Source of the DNA: Phycisphaeraceae bacterium
GTDB taxonomy: Bacteria > Planctomycetota > Phycisphaerae > Phycisphaerales > Phycisphaeraceae
Direction: 5' to 3'
DNA: 64,000 bases
Assembly: GCA_963674705.1 (NCBI GenBank)
Contig: OY771506.1
Span: 1,408,001-1,472,000, forward strand
Shown here: positions 28,575 through 38,566 of the stretch, piece by piece
How the letters are laid out: every line of letters starts with the position of its first letter
How positions within the stretch are numbered: the first letter of the stretch is position 1
Program-made: the position numbers and the translations under genes
Notes under the pieces: generated by a model
What the model was told of the DNA's origin: nothing
Seen by the model: only the letters and a program-made list of their open reading frames with translations
Database searches by the model: none

Positions 28575-29783
28575 GTGCGACGGATGACATTTGGGCGGTA
28601 TGACTATGCCGCGTTTGTGAGTTTTTTTGCTTACGCTTCGGGGTCGGTGGTGTTGCCGATCGCGTTGGTGGCGTTGGCGATGGACCTGGGGTTTGATCTT
28701 GAGGAAGGCGGGATGTCGGCGGGCGGGGCGTTGCCGATGGCGAGTACTGTGCCGATGGTGGCGGCGATGTTGCTGGCGGGCTTTTTTGCGGGGCGCTGGG
28801 GCAAGCGGCGGACGATGGGGCTGGCAGTTGTGTTGATGGGCGTGGGCTTGCTCGTTTGTGCATCGGCGCCGGTGTATGCGGTGTTGTTCACAGCGATCAT
28901 GGTGTTGGGGCTCGGGCAAGGCGTGCTTGAAGCGCTGGCGACGCCGTTTGTGCAGGCGATGCATCCGAAAGAGTCAGGCAGGTACATCAACTTCGCGCAT
29001 GCGTTCTGGCCCGTCGGGGTGTTGACGACGGTGCTGGTGGCCGGCGGATTGATCGCGGTGGGTGTGTCGTGGCGTTTGCTTATTGTCGGCGCAGCATGTC
29101 TGACGTTTTTCGCTTCGGCGTTGATCTTTCAACCTGCGCCGAAAGACAAGGCGTATCCCGAGCATCTTGAACTGGTGCACTGGATGGAGGTATGGGGGCA
29201 TATCAAGTCGATCGTGAAAACGAAACGGTTCTGGTTGTTATATGCGGCGATGTTTTTGGCGGGCGGCGGCGAGTTTTGTCTGACGTTCTGGACAGCCAGC
29301 TACATCCAGCTCAACTTCTCGGCGACGGCGTGGGCCGGCGGCGCGGGGGTCGCCTGTTTTGCGGCGGGGATGTTCCTCGGGCGGACGGGCTGGGGGTACC
29401 TGATCAGGCAACACCACTTGAACCGATTGATTTTCGTGTCAGCGATTGTGGGCGCGCTGGTCACGTGTGTGTTGCCCTGGCTGACGGTGTTGTGGATGTT
29501 GTTTGTGTTGTTGTTTTTGTCCGGATTGGCGACGGCGCCGTTCTGGCCGAGCATCCAGAGTTACAGCACGGACCGCTTGCCGGATCGTGACAGCACAATG
29601 ATGTTTATTCTGCTTTCGTGTGCGGGTGTGCCGGGCTGCGGCGTGTTTACGTGGCTGATGGGTTTGGTGGGTGATTACGCGGGCGGATTGCGAGCGGCGT
29701 TTTACCTGGTGCCGGGGTGTTTCGTGGGTTTGGCGTTATTGATGCTGGTGGACATGGTGTTGCCGGTACGAGCGGCGGAGTAA
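28575..29783 (+). CDS. MFS transporter
   Basis: about 12 TM helices, motif-A-like GFFAGRWGKR. Confidence 0.9.
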   Translation: MRRMTFGRYDYAAFVSFFAYASGSVVLPIALVALAMDLGFDLEEGGMSAGGALPMASTVPMVAAMLLAGFFAGRWGKRRTMGLAVVLMGVGLLVCASAPVYAVLFTAIMVLGLGQGVLEALATPFVQAMHPKESGRYINFAHAFWPVGVLTTVLVAGGLIAVGVSWRLLIVGAACLTFFASALIFQPAPKDKAYPEHLELVHWMEVWGHIKSIVKTKRFWLLYAAMFLAGGGEFCLTFWTASYIQLNFSATAWAGGAGVACFAAGMFLGRTGWGYLIRQHHLNRLIFVSAIVGALVTCVLPWLTVLWMLFVLLFLSGLATAPFWPSIQSYSTDRLPDRDSTMMFILLSCAGVPGCGVFTWLMGLVGDYAGGLRAAFYLVPGCFVGLALLMLVDMVLPVRAAE

Positions 29784-29941
29784 TTGGTTGCGCGCACAGG
29801 AACAGAAGTATAAGACGTAAGGTTGTCGGCCCTCACCCCGGCCCTCTCCCGGGGGGAGAAGATGAAAGCATCATCGTGCAGTACGAAACAACGCGGCGAT
29901 CTGCGATCGCCCGTTAAACAATCCTTTTGATATCGATGTGT

Positions 29942-30466
29942 TTAGTGGTTGTTGATGCAGTGTTCGAAGAGGGCGATCCACTCGAGGCGTTGCATGGCGA
30001 CGAGTTCGGGGGAGTCGCTGTGCTGGGCGGAGGCTTGTTCGACGCGGTCGACGAAGTGGTGTGGTTCGTAGCTTCCGATCGCGGTGCCTGCGCCCGCGCC
30101 GCCACCGCCGGCGTCGACCTTTGCGATGACGGGGTGCTGGCCGATTTTGCGGTACCAGTAGTGGCTGTTGGAGAAGTCGCCTTCGCGTCTGTGCATGATG
30201 GCGTGCCAGAAGGAGCCGGACGGGCGGTGTAGTTTCTGGCTGACTTGGTGTGATTTTTCCAGATCGTCGACGTACAGCCAGAGCGCGGCTTCGAGGCTGG
30301 GTTTGTTCTTCAGCGCCGGGTCTTTGAGTGCTTGTTCTACGAGATGAGCGTGCTTGCTCGGGCCGTGGCCGTTAACGACGAGGTGGTCCATGGCCTGGTC
30401 GACGGGTAAGGCCTTAAAGAGCGGGCGCAGTGCGTGTTCGATCGGCTCGGGCATATGCGGTGTCAT
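29942..30466 (-). CDS. conserved hypothetical protein
   Basis: LWLYVDDLEKSHQVSQ...FWHAIMHRREGDFSNSHYW looks like a conserved motif; start placed at 30466. Confidence 0.75.
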   Translation of the reverse strand: MTPHMPEPIEHALRPLFKALPVDQAMDHLVVNGHGPSKHAHLVEQALKDPALKNKPSLEAALWLYVDDLEKSHQVSQKLHRPSGSFWHAIMHRREGDFSNSHYWYRKIGQHPVIAKVDAGGGGAGAGTAIGSYEPHHFVDRVEQASAQHSDSPELVAMQRLEWIALFEHCINNH

Positions 30467-30600
30467 GGAATCTCCACTCGATGTCGGTTCGAGGCTGCAA
30501 AATTCTGGCGCGTAGCACAGTCTCGCGGTCAGGCTGGTGAAAACGGGATCGGTGCCGGTGGGACGTAAAACATTCTTTAACGCGCCGGGTGGTGTCATTG

Positions 30601-31764
30601 TTACGCCCTACGCTTAATCCTAGGCAGCCCGAACATGAAAGTTAAGCCCGTAAGCATGAGTAAAAGCATGCCCGGTTCCGGAACGGTGTTCGCATCGTAT
30701 TGTCCGTTTGTTACGACTTCGACCGCATCAAGTTGACTGATGAGTTTCAAACCCGAGTGAGTGGACAGGTCGTTATCGATGAGCGTGATCGGCTCGCCGA
30801 ACGCGTCGCCGGTGTATCGGCCCTTGGTGGCGATGGCGACGGCGACGGCTGCATTTGCGTCGATCAGGCCGAAGCCGGAATCCCAATCTTTACCATCGGC
30901 GCCGATGTCGACGGCGGTGCTGAAGAGGATGTTGCGGACCTGCCACGGTGCGAGTTCGGGGTTGGCGGTGAGCATGAGTGCGGCGACGCTGGCGGCGATG
31001 GGTGAGGAGAAGCTTGTGCCGTACCAGCTATAGGTTCGGTCTTTGGTTGTAAGGCTGAGGATGTTGCTGCCCGGCGCGACAAGGTCGACGAACTTACCAC
31101 GGCTGGAGAAGTAGGTGACGTCGCCACCCTGATCGGTGGCGCCGACAGCGATGAGGAACTTCTGGTTTCGCCAGTTTTTGTGCACCAGGCCATCGTTGCC
31201 CGCGGCCATGAAGACGATAGCGCCTTTGCTTTGAGCATACTTGGCGGCACGGTTCAGCGCGCCCAGTTGTACGCCGGAGTAGCTGACGTTGATGACACGA
31301 GCGCCGGCGTCGGCGGCGTAGCGGATGCCCGCGGCGAGGTGGGTGGTGTAGGCGGCGCCGTCCGAGCGATTGCTGACACGGATGGGGATGGCTTCGGCGG
31401 ACCAGGCGGCCTGGGTGATGCCTTCACCGTTACCGCTGGTTGCGGCGAGGATGCCGATAGTGCCCGTGCCGTGGGGGTTAACCGCCGAGATGTTCTTGGA
31501 GCCATCGACGACGTTGATGCCGCTGGCGACCGCGAGGTTGGCTTGCAGGTCGACATGATTGGTGTCGAAGCCGGAGTCGACGACGGCGACGGTGACCTGG
31601 CCTCGGGTCGGCAGTTCGATTAGCTGAGCCCAGGCGTCGCCGAAGTTCAGCGCGTCGAGGTACCACTGACTGGATTGCCCGGGATCATTGAAGCTGACGG
31701 TGACGGCAGCCGATGTGTTGCAAGCGATGAGTAACGCCAGAACCGCGAGGAGGCGTTTAAGCAT
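30601..31764 (-). CDS. S8 subtilisin-like serine peptidase with PEP-CTERM tail
   Basis: triad VAVVDSG, HGT, GTSFSSP; C-terminal VPEP + TM + basic tail. Confidence 0.93.
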   Translation of the reverse strand: MLKRLLAVLALLIACNTSAAVTVSFNDPGQSSQWYLDALNFGDAWAQLIELPTRGQVTVAVVDSGFDTNHVDLQANLAVASGINVVDGSKNISAVNPHGTGTIGILAATSGNGEGITQAAWSAEAIPIRVSNRSDGAAYTTHLAAGIRYAADAGARVINVSYSGVQLGALNRAAKYAQSKGAIVFMAAGNDGLVHKNWRNQKFLIAVGATDQGGDVTYFSSRGKFVDLVAPGSNILSLTTKDRTYSWYGTSFSSPIAASVAALMLTANPELAPWQVRNILFSTAVDIGADGKDWDSGFGLIDANAAVAVAIATKGRYTGDAFGEPITLIDNDLSTHSGLKLISQLDAVEVVTNGQYDANTVPEPGMLLLMLTGLTFMFGLPRIKRRA

Positions 31765-32028
31765 AGAAGAGCCCTTTCACAAAGTGGCCGGATGGGGTTT
31801 GCCTCGTTTTTGTGCGTGTTCGCACCGGTAATGCATCGGCCAAGCGAAGCGGCTCGATCAATAGGAATCGGCGAGTATTGGCCTAACGTCCGGTAGTGTT
31901 TTGCCGACCGCCTATAAGTGGTGTGCTAGCGATACAGGCGGGGCCGGATTGCATACGGCGGGGTATCCGTTACGATCCGTAATCCTGAATTGAGTCACCC
32001 CTTTTTTAACTGTTGAGGTAGCAAAAGA

Positions 32029-32639
32029 ATGGCAGAGCAGAAAGCAACGAACATCACCTGGCACGAAGGCAAAGTGACGCCGGAAGAGCGCCAGAAAAAC
32101 ATGGGCCAAAAAGGCTGCACCCTGTGGATGACCGGCCTGTCCGGCAGCGGTAAGTCCACTGTGGCAGTGGCTTTAGAGCAGGTTCTCATGCAGCGGGGCA
32201 AGCACGCCTACCGTCTGGACGGCGACAACATCCGCATGGGCCTGAACAAGAACCTGGGCTTCAGTGCCGAGGACCGCGACGAGAACATCCGCCGGATCGG
32301 CGAGGTAACCAAGCTCTTCGCCGATGCCGGGATCATCAGCATCACCAGCTTCATCAGCCCCTACCGTGCCGCCCGCGACATGGTCCGTGAACTGCACGAA
32401 TCGGCCAACATCCCGTTCTGGAAGTCCACGTCGACTGTTCCCTGGAAGAGGCCGAGAAGCGTGACCCCAAGGGTCTGTACAAGAAGGCCCGCGCCGGCGA
32501 AATCAAAGGCTTCACCGGTATCGACGACCCGTTCGAAGCGCCCGAGAAACCTGAAGTCGTCATCAAGACGCACGAACTGAGCATCGAAGAATCGGTTCAG
32601 GCACTGTTGGACGCGCTGGCGGAACGTGGGTTGATCTAA
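32029..32639 (+). pseudogene. cysC: adenylyl-sulfate kinase with a 1-bp frameshift near 32418 (possibly a sequencing error)
   Basis: [22 protein letters not shown] in the first frame; [41 protein letters not shown] continues in a shifted frame to TAA at 32639. Confidence 0.9.
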
Positions 32640-32662
32640 TATTTAACGCAGATACTTCCGGG

Positions 32663-33479
32663 TATGTCGGAGCAAGCTCCGACGCTAAACGGGGGGTGTT
32701 GGCGTTACGTAAACGAACGTTTAGCGGGCGAGTTTACTCGCCCGTTTTTTTGCGCCGTTTTTTTATTTACATATCCAACCGCGCCGGTTACGATCCATCG
32801 CATGGTCCGGGCATATCACCTGATTCTTTCCTGTTACGGGTTCTGGTTGCCGAACGATCCGCGGGGTTCGTGGTCTGATGAAGTTCGCCGCTACGAGTTG
32901 TTGCGCTTCGGCCCGGCAACGAAAGTCAATACACGCCGATCGGTCGCGGGCATCCAACATGATTACACGCAGCGCGCTGCAGCAATATCGGCGCTGGTCC
33001 GACCACCGGTTCAATTCAACGGCAAACAGGCGCGGGCGGTTGCAAATGGTTTTGCGGATGTGTGTTCGGCAAACAGTTATCTCGTTTGTGCCTGTGCGGT
33101 CATGACGGACCATGTTCACATGGTGATTGCGCGTCATTCAGTGCACACATGCGAACAGATCGCGCGACGTTTAAAAGCAAAAGCCACGCAACGATTGAAC
33201 AAGGACGGCCTGGGGCTCGGTTATTCACCGTGGGCAAAGGGTGAATGGAAGGTATATCTGAACACGCCCGAAAGTATCGTGCGTGCGATCCGATACGTCG
33301 AGCGCAACCCGATCAAGGCGGGGTTCAAGGCGCAGCGCTGGAAGTTTGTGACGCCGTACGATGGTTTGTGAATTTGTTATGTCGGATATGTCGGAGCAAG
33401 CTCCGACGCTAAACGGGTGTGGTGGTGTGATAGGGTTAAATGAATCCAATCACTTTTAGCGTGCGAGCTTGCTCGCACA
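32663..33479. mobile_element. RAYT-REP locus 1: Y1 transposase flanked by four TTAGC-footed hairpins
   Basis: hairpins at 32663-32693(-), 32718-32744(+), 33387-33417(-), 33455-33479(+). Confidence 0.85.
32802..33371 (+). CDS. REP-associated tyrosine transposase (HUH/Y1, IS200-like fold)
   Basis: YGFWLPNDPRG, HUH motif DHVHMVI, catalytic Tyr in AIRYVERNP. Confidence 0.9.
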   Translation: MVRAYHLILSCYGFWLPNDPRGSWSDEVRRYELLRFGPATKVNTRRSVAGIQHDYTQRAAAISALVRPPVQFNGKQARAVANGFADVCSANSYLVCACAVMTDHVHMVIARHSVHTCEQIARRLKAKATQRLNKDGLGLGYSPWAKGEWKVYLNTPESIVRAIRYVERNPIKAGFKAQRWKFVTPYDGL

Positions 33480-33510
33480 TCAATTTAACTCGCACAACAA
33501 TGTCCCCCCC

Positions 33511-34425
33511 CTATTCACTCGCAATATCGGGGTCTTGATAACCAACAGACGTATACCCCAGCAGCGCGTTGGCGGTGTCGTCCCAGGGGGCGCTGGGATC
33601 GGTGAGTTTGTCGATTTCGGGGTTGCTGTCCTGGTCTTTAGCAAAGAGGCGGTCGGCTTCGATGGCGGAGCCGGCACCGTATTTGGTATCGGTTACGCTT
33701 CCCTGTTCGAACAAAGCGCTGCCGTCACCGCGGCCGATGCTGCCGGCCCATTCTTCGTCATCTTCGGATGTGTGGATGCTGTAGATCTTGTCGAAGTTGT
33801 TGCCGATACGGCCGCCGGGGATGCGGGCACGGTCGGCGAGTAGCACGGCCTGTGTGTTGATCGATTGTTTCCACTCGCGAGCCCTGCCGGCTTGGTTCGG
33901 GCGGATCTTTTCTTCCATCCTGTTTGGTGAGTTGGCGTCGTCGTGTAGGTTGAGCATGGCGTAGGAGTAATTGGCGGAAGTGACCGGGCCGGTCATCCAA
34001 GGGGTTTTGGTTTCAGCGGGGCTGATGATGTAGTCGCCGGAGAAGTTGTTGTTATCCAGCATGATCCAGTAGCGCGCTTCAATAGTTGCTCCGTGGCCCG
34101 ATGCACCGGTATCCGAGGTAAATGGATCGCCGTTGTCGTAATGGATATAGCCCTTGCTATCGACGCCGGGCATATGTTCCTTGTTGCCGTTAGCGTAGGT
34201 AACCATGCCCTGACAAATGCCGCGGATCTGGGTGGTGTTTTTCATGAGTCGGTGTCCGCCCCCACGTGACTGATTCAGTACCGGCAGGACGATCGCCAGC
34301 ACGAGCAGTGCAAGGATGGCAGTTACGACAATGATCGCGATGAGTTTGGTCAGGCTTTTTGAGTTCAGTTGGACGTGTTCATCTGAAGAGGTTTCGTTTT
34401 GATTTGGTTGCGGGTCCATGTTCAT
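33511..34425 (-). CDS. DUF1559-like pseudopilin-type protein, paralog 1
   Basis: TM-LP.L...MKNTTQIRGICQGMVTYA..N..MPG; C-terminal H...GDGS. Confidence 0.75.
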   Translation of the reverse strand: MNMDPQPNQNETSSDEHVQLNSKSLTKLIAIIVVTAILALLVLAIVLPVLNQSRGGGHRLMKNTTQIRGICQGMVTYANGNKEHMPGVDSKGYIHYDNGDPFTSDTGASGHGATIEARYWIMLDNNNFSGDYIISPAETKTPWMTGPVTSANYSYAMLNLHDDANSPNRMEEKIRPNQAGRAREWKQSINTQAVLLADRARIPGGRIGNNFDKIYSIHTSEDDEEWAGSIGRGDGSALFEQGSVTDTKYGAGSAIEADRLFAKDQDSNPEIDKLTDPSAPWDDTANALLGYTSVGYQDPDIASE

Positions 34426-34443
34426 GCTCCGGAATGTGGATGA

Positions 34444-35325
34444 TTAATCGCTTGCGATGTCGGGGTCTTCATAGCCGACGGAGGTATAACCGAGTAATGC
34501 GTTGGCAGTGTCGTCCCATGTGGCATTGGAGTCAGTGAGTTTGTCGATTTCGGGATCGCTGTCCTGGTCTTTAGCAAAGAGGCGATCGGCTTTGATGGCG
34601 GGGCCGTTGCCGTATTGGGTGTCGATAAAGTCTTCGGTGGCTGATTGAGCGCTTCCGTCGCCGAAGCCGATGTCGCCTATCCAATCCTTGTTCGGCTTTG
34701 TGTGGATGCTGTAGATACCTTCGTACCTATTGCTGATCCGTCCACCGGGGATGCGGGCGCGGGTCGAGAGGAGTACGGCTCTTGAGTTTATATCTTGTTT
34801 CCATGCACTGACCCGCCCGGTCTGGTCGGGGCGGGTTTGTTTGTCTGGCAAGGCGTTGCCATCGCTGTGGATGTTGAGCATGGCGTAGGAGTAGTTGGCG
34901 GAGGTGACTTCGCCGGTGGTCCAAGGGATTTTGGTTTCAGCGGGGCTGATGATGTAATCGCCGGAGAAGTTGTTGTTGTTGAGCATGAGCCAGAAACGAC
35001 CTTCGACGGTTCCGCCGTGGCTGGTTAACGGCATGCGGTCGTCGTTATCACCGTCGACATCGCGGATGAGGTAGCCGTTGCTATTGAGTCCGGGCAGGTA
35101 TTCGTTGTTACCACCGGCGTAGGTGAACATGCCCTGTGTGATACCTCGTGCCTGCGAAGTCGTTTTCATGCAACGAGCCGCTCTGCGTGCTGCGCCGAGC
35201 GCCGGCAGGAGGACACCGATGATGATCAGCAGCAGAATGGTGCTGCCGATGATGATTTTGGCGAGTTTGAATCGGCCCGGATTCGGATTAGCGGGTTGGT
35301 TTGCAGGTTGTGGCGGGATGTCCAT
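34444..35325 (-). CDS. DUF1559-like pseudopilin-type protein, paralog 2
   Basis: LLPALGAARRAARCMKTTSQARGITQG; long stretches identical to paralog 1 (NNNFSGDYIISPAETK, ADRLFAKDQDS). Confidence 0.75.
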   Translation of the reverse strand: MDIPPQPANQPANPNPGRFKLAKIIIGSTILLLIIIGVLLPALGAARRAARCMKTTSQARGITQGMFTYAGGNNEYLPGLNSNGYLIRDVDGDNDDRMPLTSHGGTVEGRFWLMLNNNNFSGDYIISPAETKIPWTTGEVTSANYSYAMLNIHSDGNALPDKQTRPDQTGRVSAWKQDINSRAVLLSTRARIPGGRISNRYEGIYSIHTKPNKDWIGDIGFGDGSAQSATEDFIDTQYGNGPAIKADRLFAKDQDSDPEIDKLTDSNATWDDTANALLGYTSVGYEDPDIASD

Positions 35326-35416
35326 CGCCGTGCTCCGGAAGTTCATGTGTCTACGCAATTATAGCACAGTGCATCCGAAACCGGTGTGATGCGTTGTGAA
35401 GTTTCAGCTCGGTCGG

Positions 35417-35451
35417 CCCTCACCCCGGCCCTCTCCCGCGGGGAGAGGGGG
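35417..35451. repeat. CCCTCACCCCGGCCCTCTCCC..GGGAGAGGG hairpin repeat
   Basis: second copy at 29830-29859, both preceded by GTCGG; degenerate relatives at 8133-8181 and 11452-11474. Confidence 0.8.
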
Positions 35452-35515
35452 TGAATGCATGCTAATAGCGTCGCGCTGATTTTAACTCTGCGGACTCCGC
35501 GTGCTCTGCGGTGAA

Positions 35516-36598
35516 TTACTTCCGTCCTGCACGTTCCATATCACGCAGGCGGATTTGTTCTTCATCCGCGGCTTTCTTTTCAGCGTTGCGTTCTCGCTCC
35601 AGTTCATCGTTGGGATCGAGTTTGGCTTGCCAGTCGTAGGGGACCATGGCCCAGGTGAGTTCGCCGCTGGGGTGGCATTCGAAGATGGTGTAGCCGGGGC
35701 CGCAGCCGTTGAAGTCGCCGGCCCACCAGGAGCCTGAAACGGCGGGGCTGGTCAAGTACCACACATCGTGCCAGCGGTATTCTTCGGGGCGGTGGGTGTG
35801 GCCTTGCAATAGCGCTTTGACACCGTGGCGTTCGAGGATTTTTTGGAGCTTGAGTGTGTCGCGGACGATGGCCCATGCGGGCATGCCTTCGGCCTTGGGA
35901 TCGCCTTGCTGCTGCGCGATGTTGCAGTATGCGGCGATGTGCGTGGTGACGATCTTCGGGCGATCGCCCGCCGAGCCCAGGTCATACGCGAGCCATTCGA
36001 GTTGTTCATCGCCGATGCGCGCTTCGTAGCTCGGGCCGGAGTCGGGGTTGGTCGGGTGGATGCAGTCGAGGACAGCGAAGTGCCAGCCCTTGTGGTCGAA
36101 GCTGTAGTACGGGCTTTCCCATTCGAGCTGGTCCATGATGTACTTCTTGCCGAAGTCGGGATCGGACGGCTCGACCTTGCGGCGGGAGTTCCAGCCGAGC
36201 ACATCGTGGTTACCCATGCAGTTGTAGTACGGGATGCCGAGCGAATCGGAGATCTCTTTGTAGAGACGGACCTGTTCGATGAATTTTGCTTTCTCGGTAT
36301 AGAGCCCGTCGAAGGCAAGGTCGCCGCCCATCTGCGCGAAGTCGACCTTGGGCGTGAGCGCTTTGACGGTTTCGATGCATTTGAGATAACCCTCGTCACC
36401 GTGGCGTCGTGTGGTGACGTGCATGTCGGTGAGATGCACGAAGCGGAAGCCCCCGGAAGTTGCGCCCCCTGAAGTACCGGCGGCCGATGTCTTACTGGCG
36501 GCGATTGTTTTGGAAGCGCAGCCCGGGATGGTCAGTGCCCCTGCGGCGAGTGCGGTGGTAGCGAGGAATTCACGGCGGTTGAGGGGGTTTGTGTTCAT
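35516..36598 (-). CDS. Tat-exported calcineurin-like metallophosphoesterase
   Basis: NRREFL Tat motif; DMH, GGD, GNHD and GHTH motifs. Confidence 0.92.
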   Translation of the reverse strand: MNTNPLNRREFLATTALAAGALTIPGCASKTIAASKTSAAGTSGGATSGGFRFVHLTDMHVTTRRHGDEGYLKCIETVKALTPKVDFAQMGGDLAFDGLYTEKAKFIEQVRLYKEISDSLGIPYYNCMGNHDVLGWNSRRKVEPSDPDFGKKYIMDQLEWESPYYSFDHKGWHFAVLDCIHPTNPDSGPSYEARIGDEQLEWLAYDLGSAGDRPKIVTTHIAAYCNIAQQQGDPKAEGMPAWAIVRDTLKLQKILERHGVKALLQGHTHRPEEYRWHDVWYLTSPAVSGSWWAGDFNGCGPGYTIFECHPSGELTWAMVPYDWQAKLDPNDELERERNAEKKAADEEQIRLRDMERAGRK

Positions 36599-36649
36599 GG
36601 GGCAGATTATATAACAGTTGCCCTATGGGGATGGGCGACCCGGTGAAGT

Positions 36650-36680
36650 AAAGATAGTATTTAGCCTAAATACTATCTTT
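36650..36680. repeat. perfect AT-rich palindrome
   Basis: AAAGATAGTATTTAG-C-CTAAATACTATCTTT (15-bp arms). Confidence 0.95.
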
Positions 36681-36883
36681 GTGGTGGTTGGTGGTTGGTG
36701 GTTGGGTAGGAACTCCACGCCAACACCGGTCCTGAGCGAAGCGAAGGGGCGGGTATCTTTGTGGTTAGTGATCAAGGGTTGGCGTTGAGAAAACAGCCGC
36801 CGGCCCGCCCGCGGGGGGGATTATTGATGATTGAGCGGTTTTTACCCGCGGCAGCTTCGCAGCCCGCGGCTTGGTGAGGCTAT

Positions 36884-37063
36884 TTACCGGATGACGACCC
36901 AGTTCGCTAGAAGCAGGATCCAGGTGATTGCGCCGATCCCGCAGATCGTGTTGAAGGTCGTGTCGCCCAAGCGGCCGCCTACCAAGACCGCGAGCACGCC
37001 TAATGCGATCGTGTAGGTGATCAATAACAAGGCGCGGTGTGGATGGACGCGCGTGTGTTTCAT
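36884..37063 (-). CDS. small two-TM membrane protein (59 aa)
   Basis: MKHTRVHPHRALLLITYTIALGVLAVLVGG...; TATAAT just upstream on the minus strand. Confidence 0.5.
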   Translation of the reverse strand: MKHTRVHPHRALLLITYTIALGVLAVLVGGRLGDTTFNTICGIGAITWILLLANWVVIR

Positions 37064-37100
37064 TCGTGCATTATAGGGTGACGTACTCGACGTTGACAGG

Positions 37101-38564
37101 TCAGGCGGGCTCATCGAGGTGGTATTGCTTGATTTTTTTGTAGAGGGTGCTGCGGTTGATGTCGAGTTGTTTGGCGGTCTCTTGGCGGTTCCAGTCGTTG
37201 GCTTGCAGGGCGGCGAGGATGATGCGGCGTTCGGGTTCCTGGAGCGCATCGGCCAGGGGCATGGGGGTCCAGCCGTCGGCGAGCGCGGGGATTACTCCCC
37301 CACCCCCACCTTCAGAAGTTGAACTACGTGATCCACCAGCGCCGGCGGGCACCAGGCCCGGGTTCGTTGCGGCGATGATCGGTTCGGGCAGGTCGGTGAG
37401 TTCGATTTCGTTGTTCTTGCTGAGGACGACGGCACGTTCGACGGCGTTTTCCAGTTCGCGCACGTTGCCGGGCCAGGTGTAGTGGCGAAGGGCTTCGGTG
37501 ACTTCTTCGTTGAAGCGGCGCGAGCGGCCGAGTTCTTTGCAGTGTTTTTCGAGGAAGTGTGATGCCAATAGCGGTACGTCACCGAGGCGGTCGCGCAGCG
37601 GGGGCATGTTGACGTTGACGACGTTGATGCGGTAGTAGAGGTCTTCGCGGAAGTCGCCGGCCTGGACCATCGGTTCGAGCGATTGATTGGTCGCGAGCAC
37701 GAAGCGCACATCCACATGGATGGTTTTGTTTGAGCCGACGGCTTCGAAGGCTTTTTCCTGTAAGACGCGCAGGAGTTTGAGCTGCAGCGCGGGGGTGGCG
37801 GAGTTGATTTCGTCGATGAAGAGGGTCCCGCCGTCGGCCGCGAGGATCTTGCCGGGCTTGTCGTGATCGGCGCCGGTGAATGCGCCTTTGACGTGGCCGA
37901 ACAATTCGGATTCGAGTAGCGTCTCGGGAACCGAGCCGCAGGCGAAGGTGATGAACGGCCCGCCGGAACGCGGGCTCATCGTGTGGATAGCGCGACCGAT
38001 CAGGCTTTTACCTGTGCCGGACTCACCTGTGACAAGGACGGTGGTTTTGCTCTCGGCGACTGTTTCGATGAGATCGTAGATCTTCTGCATCTTGTAGTCG
38101 TTGCCGACGAGGTTGCCCATGCCAAAGCGTTCGGAGAGCTGGGTCTTGAGCGATTTGTTTTCGTGGACGAGTGTGTGCTGGTTGACGGCCTTGTTGACCG
38201 CGAGGCGCAGTTCATCATCGACGACGGGTTTGGTGAGATAATCGACCGCGCCAAGACGCACCGCTTCGACGGCCGAGTCGATCTTGCCGAAGCCGGTGAC
38301 GACGATGGGGACGATGGACTCATGGTTCTTGCGGACGTTTCTGATCAGCTCCATGCCGTCGCAACGGGGCATGTTCATATCGGCGATGAGGATGCCGAAG
38401 CCGTCGCCGTTGGGTGAGTGCGACTCATCGTCGAGGATGTTTATGGCTTCAACGCCGTCGCCGGCTGTTGCAGTGGCGTAGCCTTCCTTGCCGAGGAACT
38501 CGGCAAGGCTGTCGGCGACGATGGGGTCGTCATCTACGATGAGGATGCGTGTTTTTTCAGCCAT
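37101..38564 (-). CDS. sigma-54-dependent response regulator (NtrC/AtoC family)
   Basis: REC domain, GESGTGKS, ESELFGHVKGAFTGA, FREDLYYR, WPGNVRELEN, Fis-type HTH. Confidence 0.96.
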   Translation of the reverse strand: MAEKTRILIVDDDPIVADSLAEFLGKEGYATATAGDGVEAINILDDESHSPNGDGFGILIADMNMPRCDGMELIRNVRKNHESIVPIVVTGFGKIDSAVEAVRLGAVDYLTKPVVDDELRLAVNKAVNQHTLVHENKSLKTQLSERFGMGNLVGNDYKMQKIYDLIETVAESKTTVLVTGESGTGKSLIGRAIHTMSPRSGGPFITFACGSVPETLLESELFGHVKGAFTGADHDKPGKILAADGGTLFIDEINSATPALQLKLLRVLQEKAFEAVGSNKTIHVDVRFVLATNQSLEPMVQAGDFREDLYYRINVVNVNMPPLRDRLGDVPLLASHFLEKHCKELGRSRRFNEEVTEALRHYTWPGNVRELENAVERAVVLSKNNEIELTDLPEPIIAATNPGLVPAGAGGSRSSTSEGGGGGVIPALADGWTPMPLADALQEPERRIILAALQANDWNRQETAKQLDINRSTLYKKIKQYHLDEPA

Positions 38565-38566
38565 GG

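Noticed and set aside
32420..32580. C-terminus of the 183-aa ORF as a novel CysC extension or programmed frameshift
   Set aside because: Out-of-frame read-through after a 1-bp loss; no slippery heptamer is visible.
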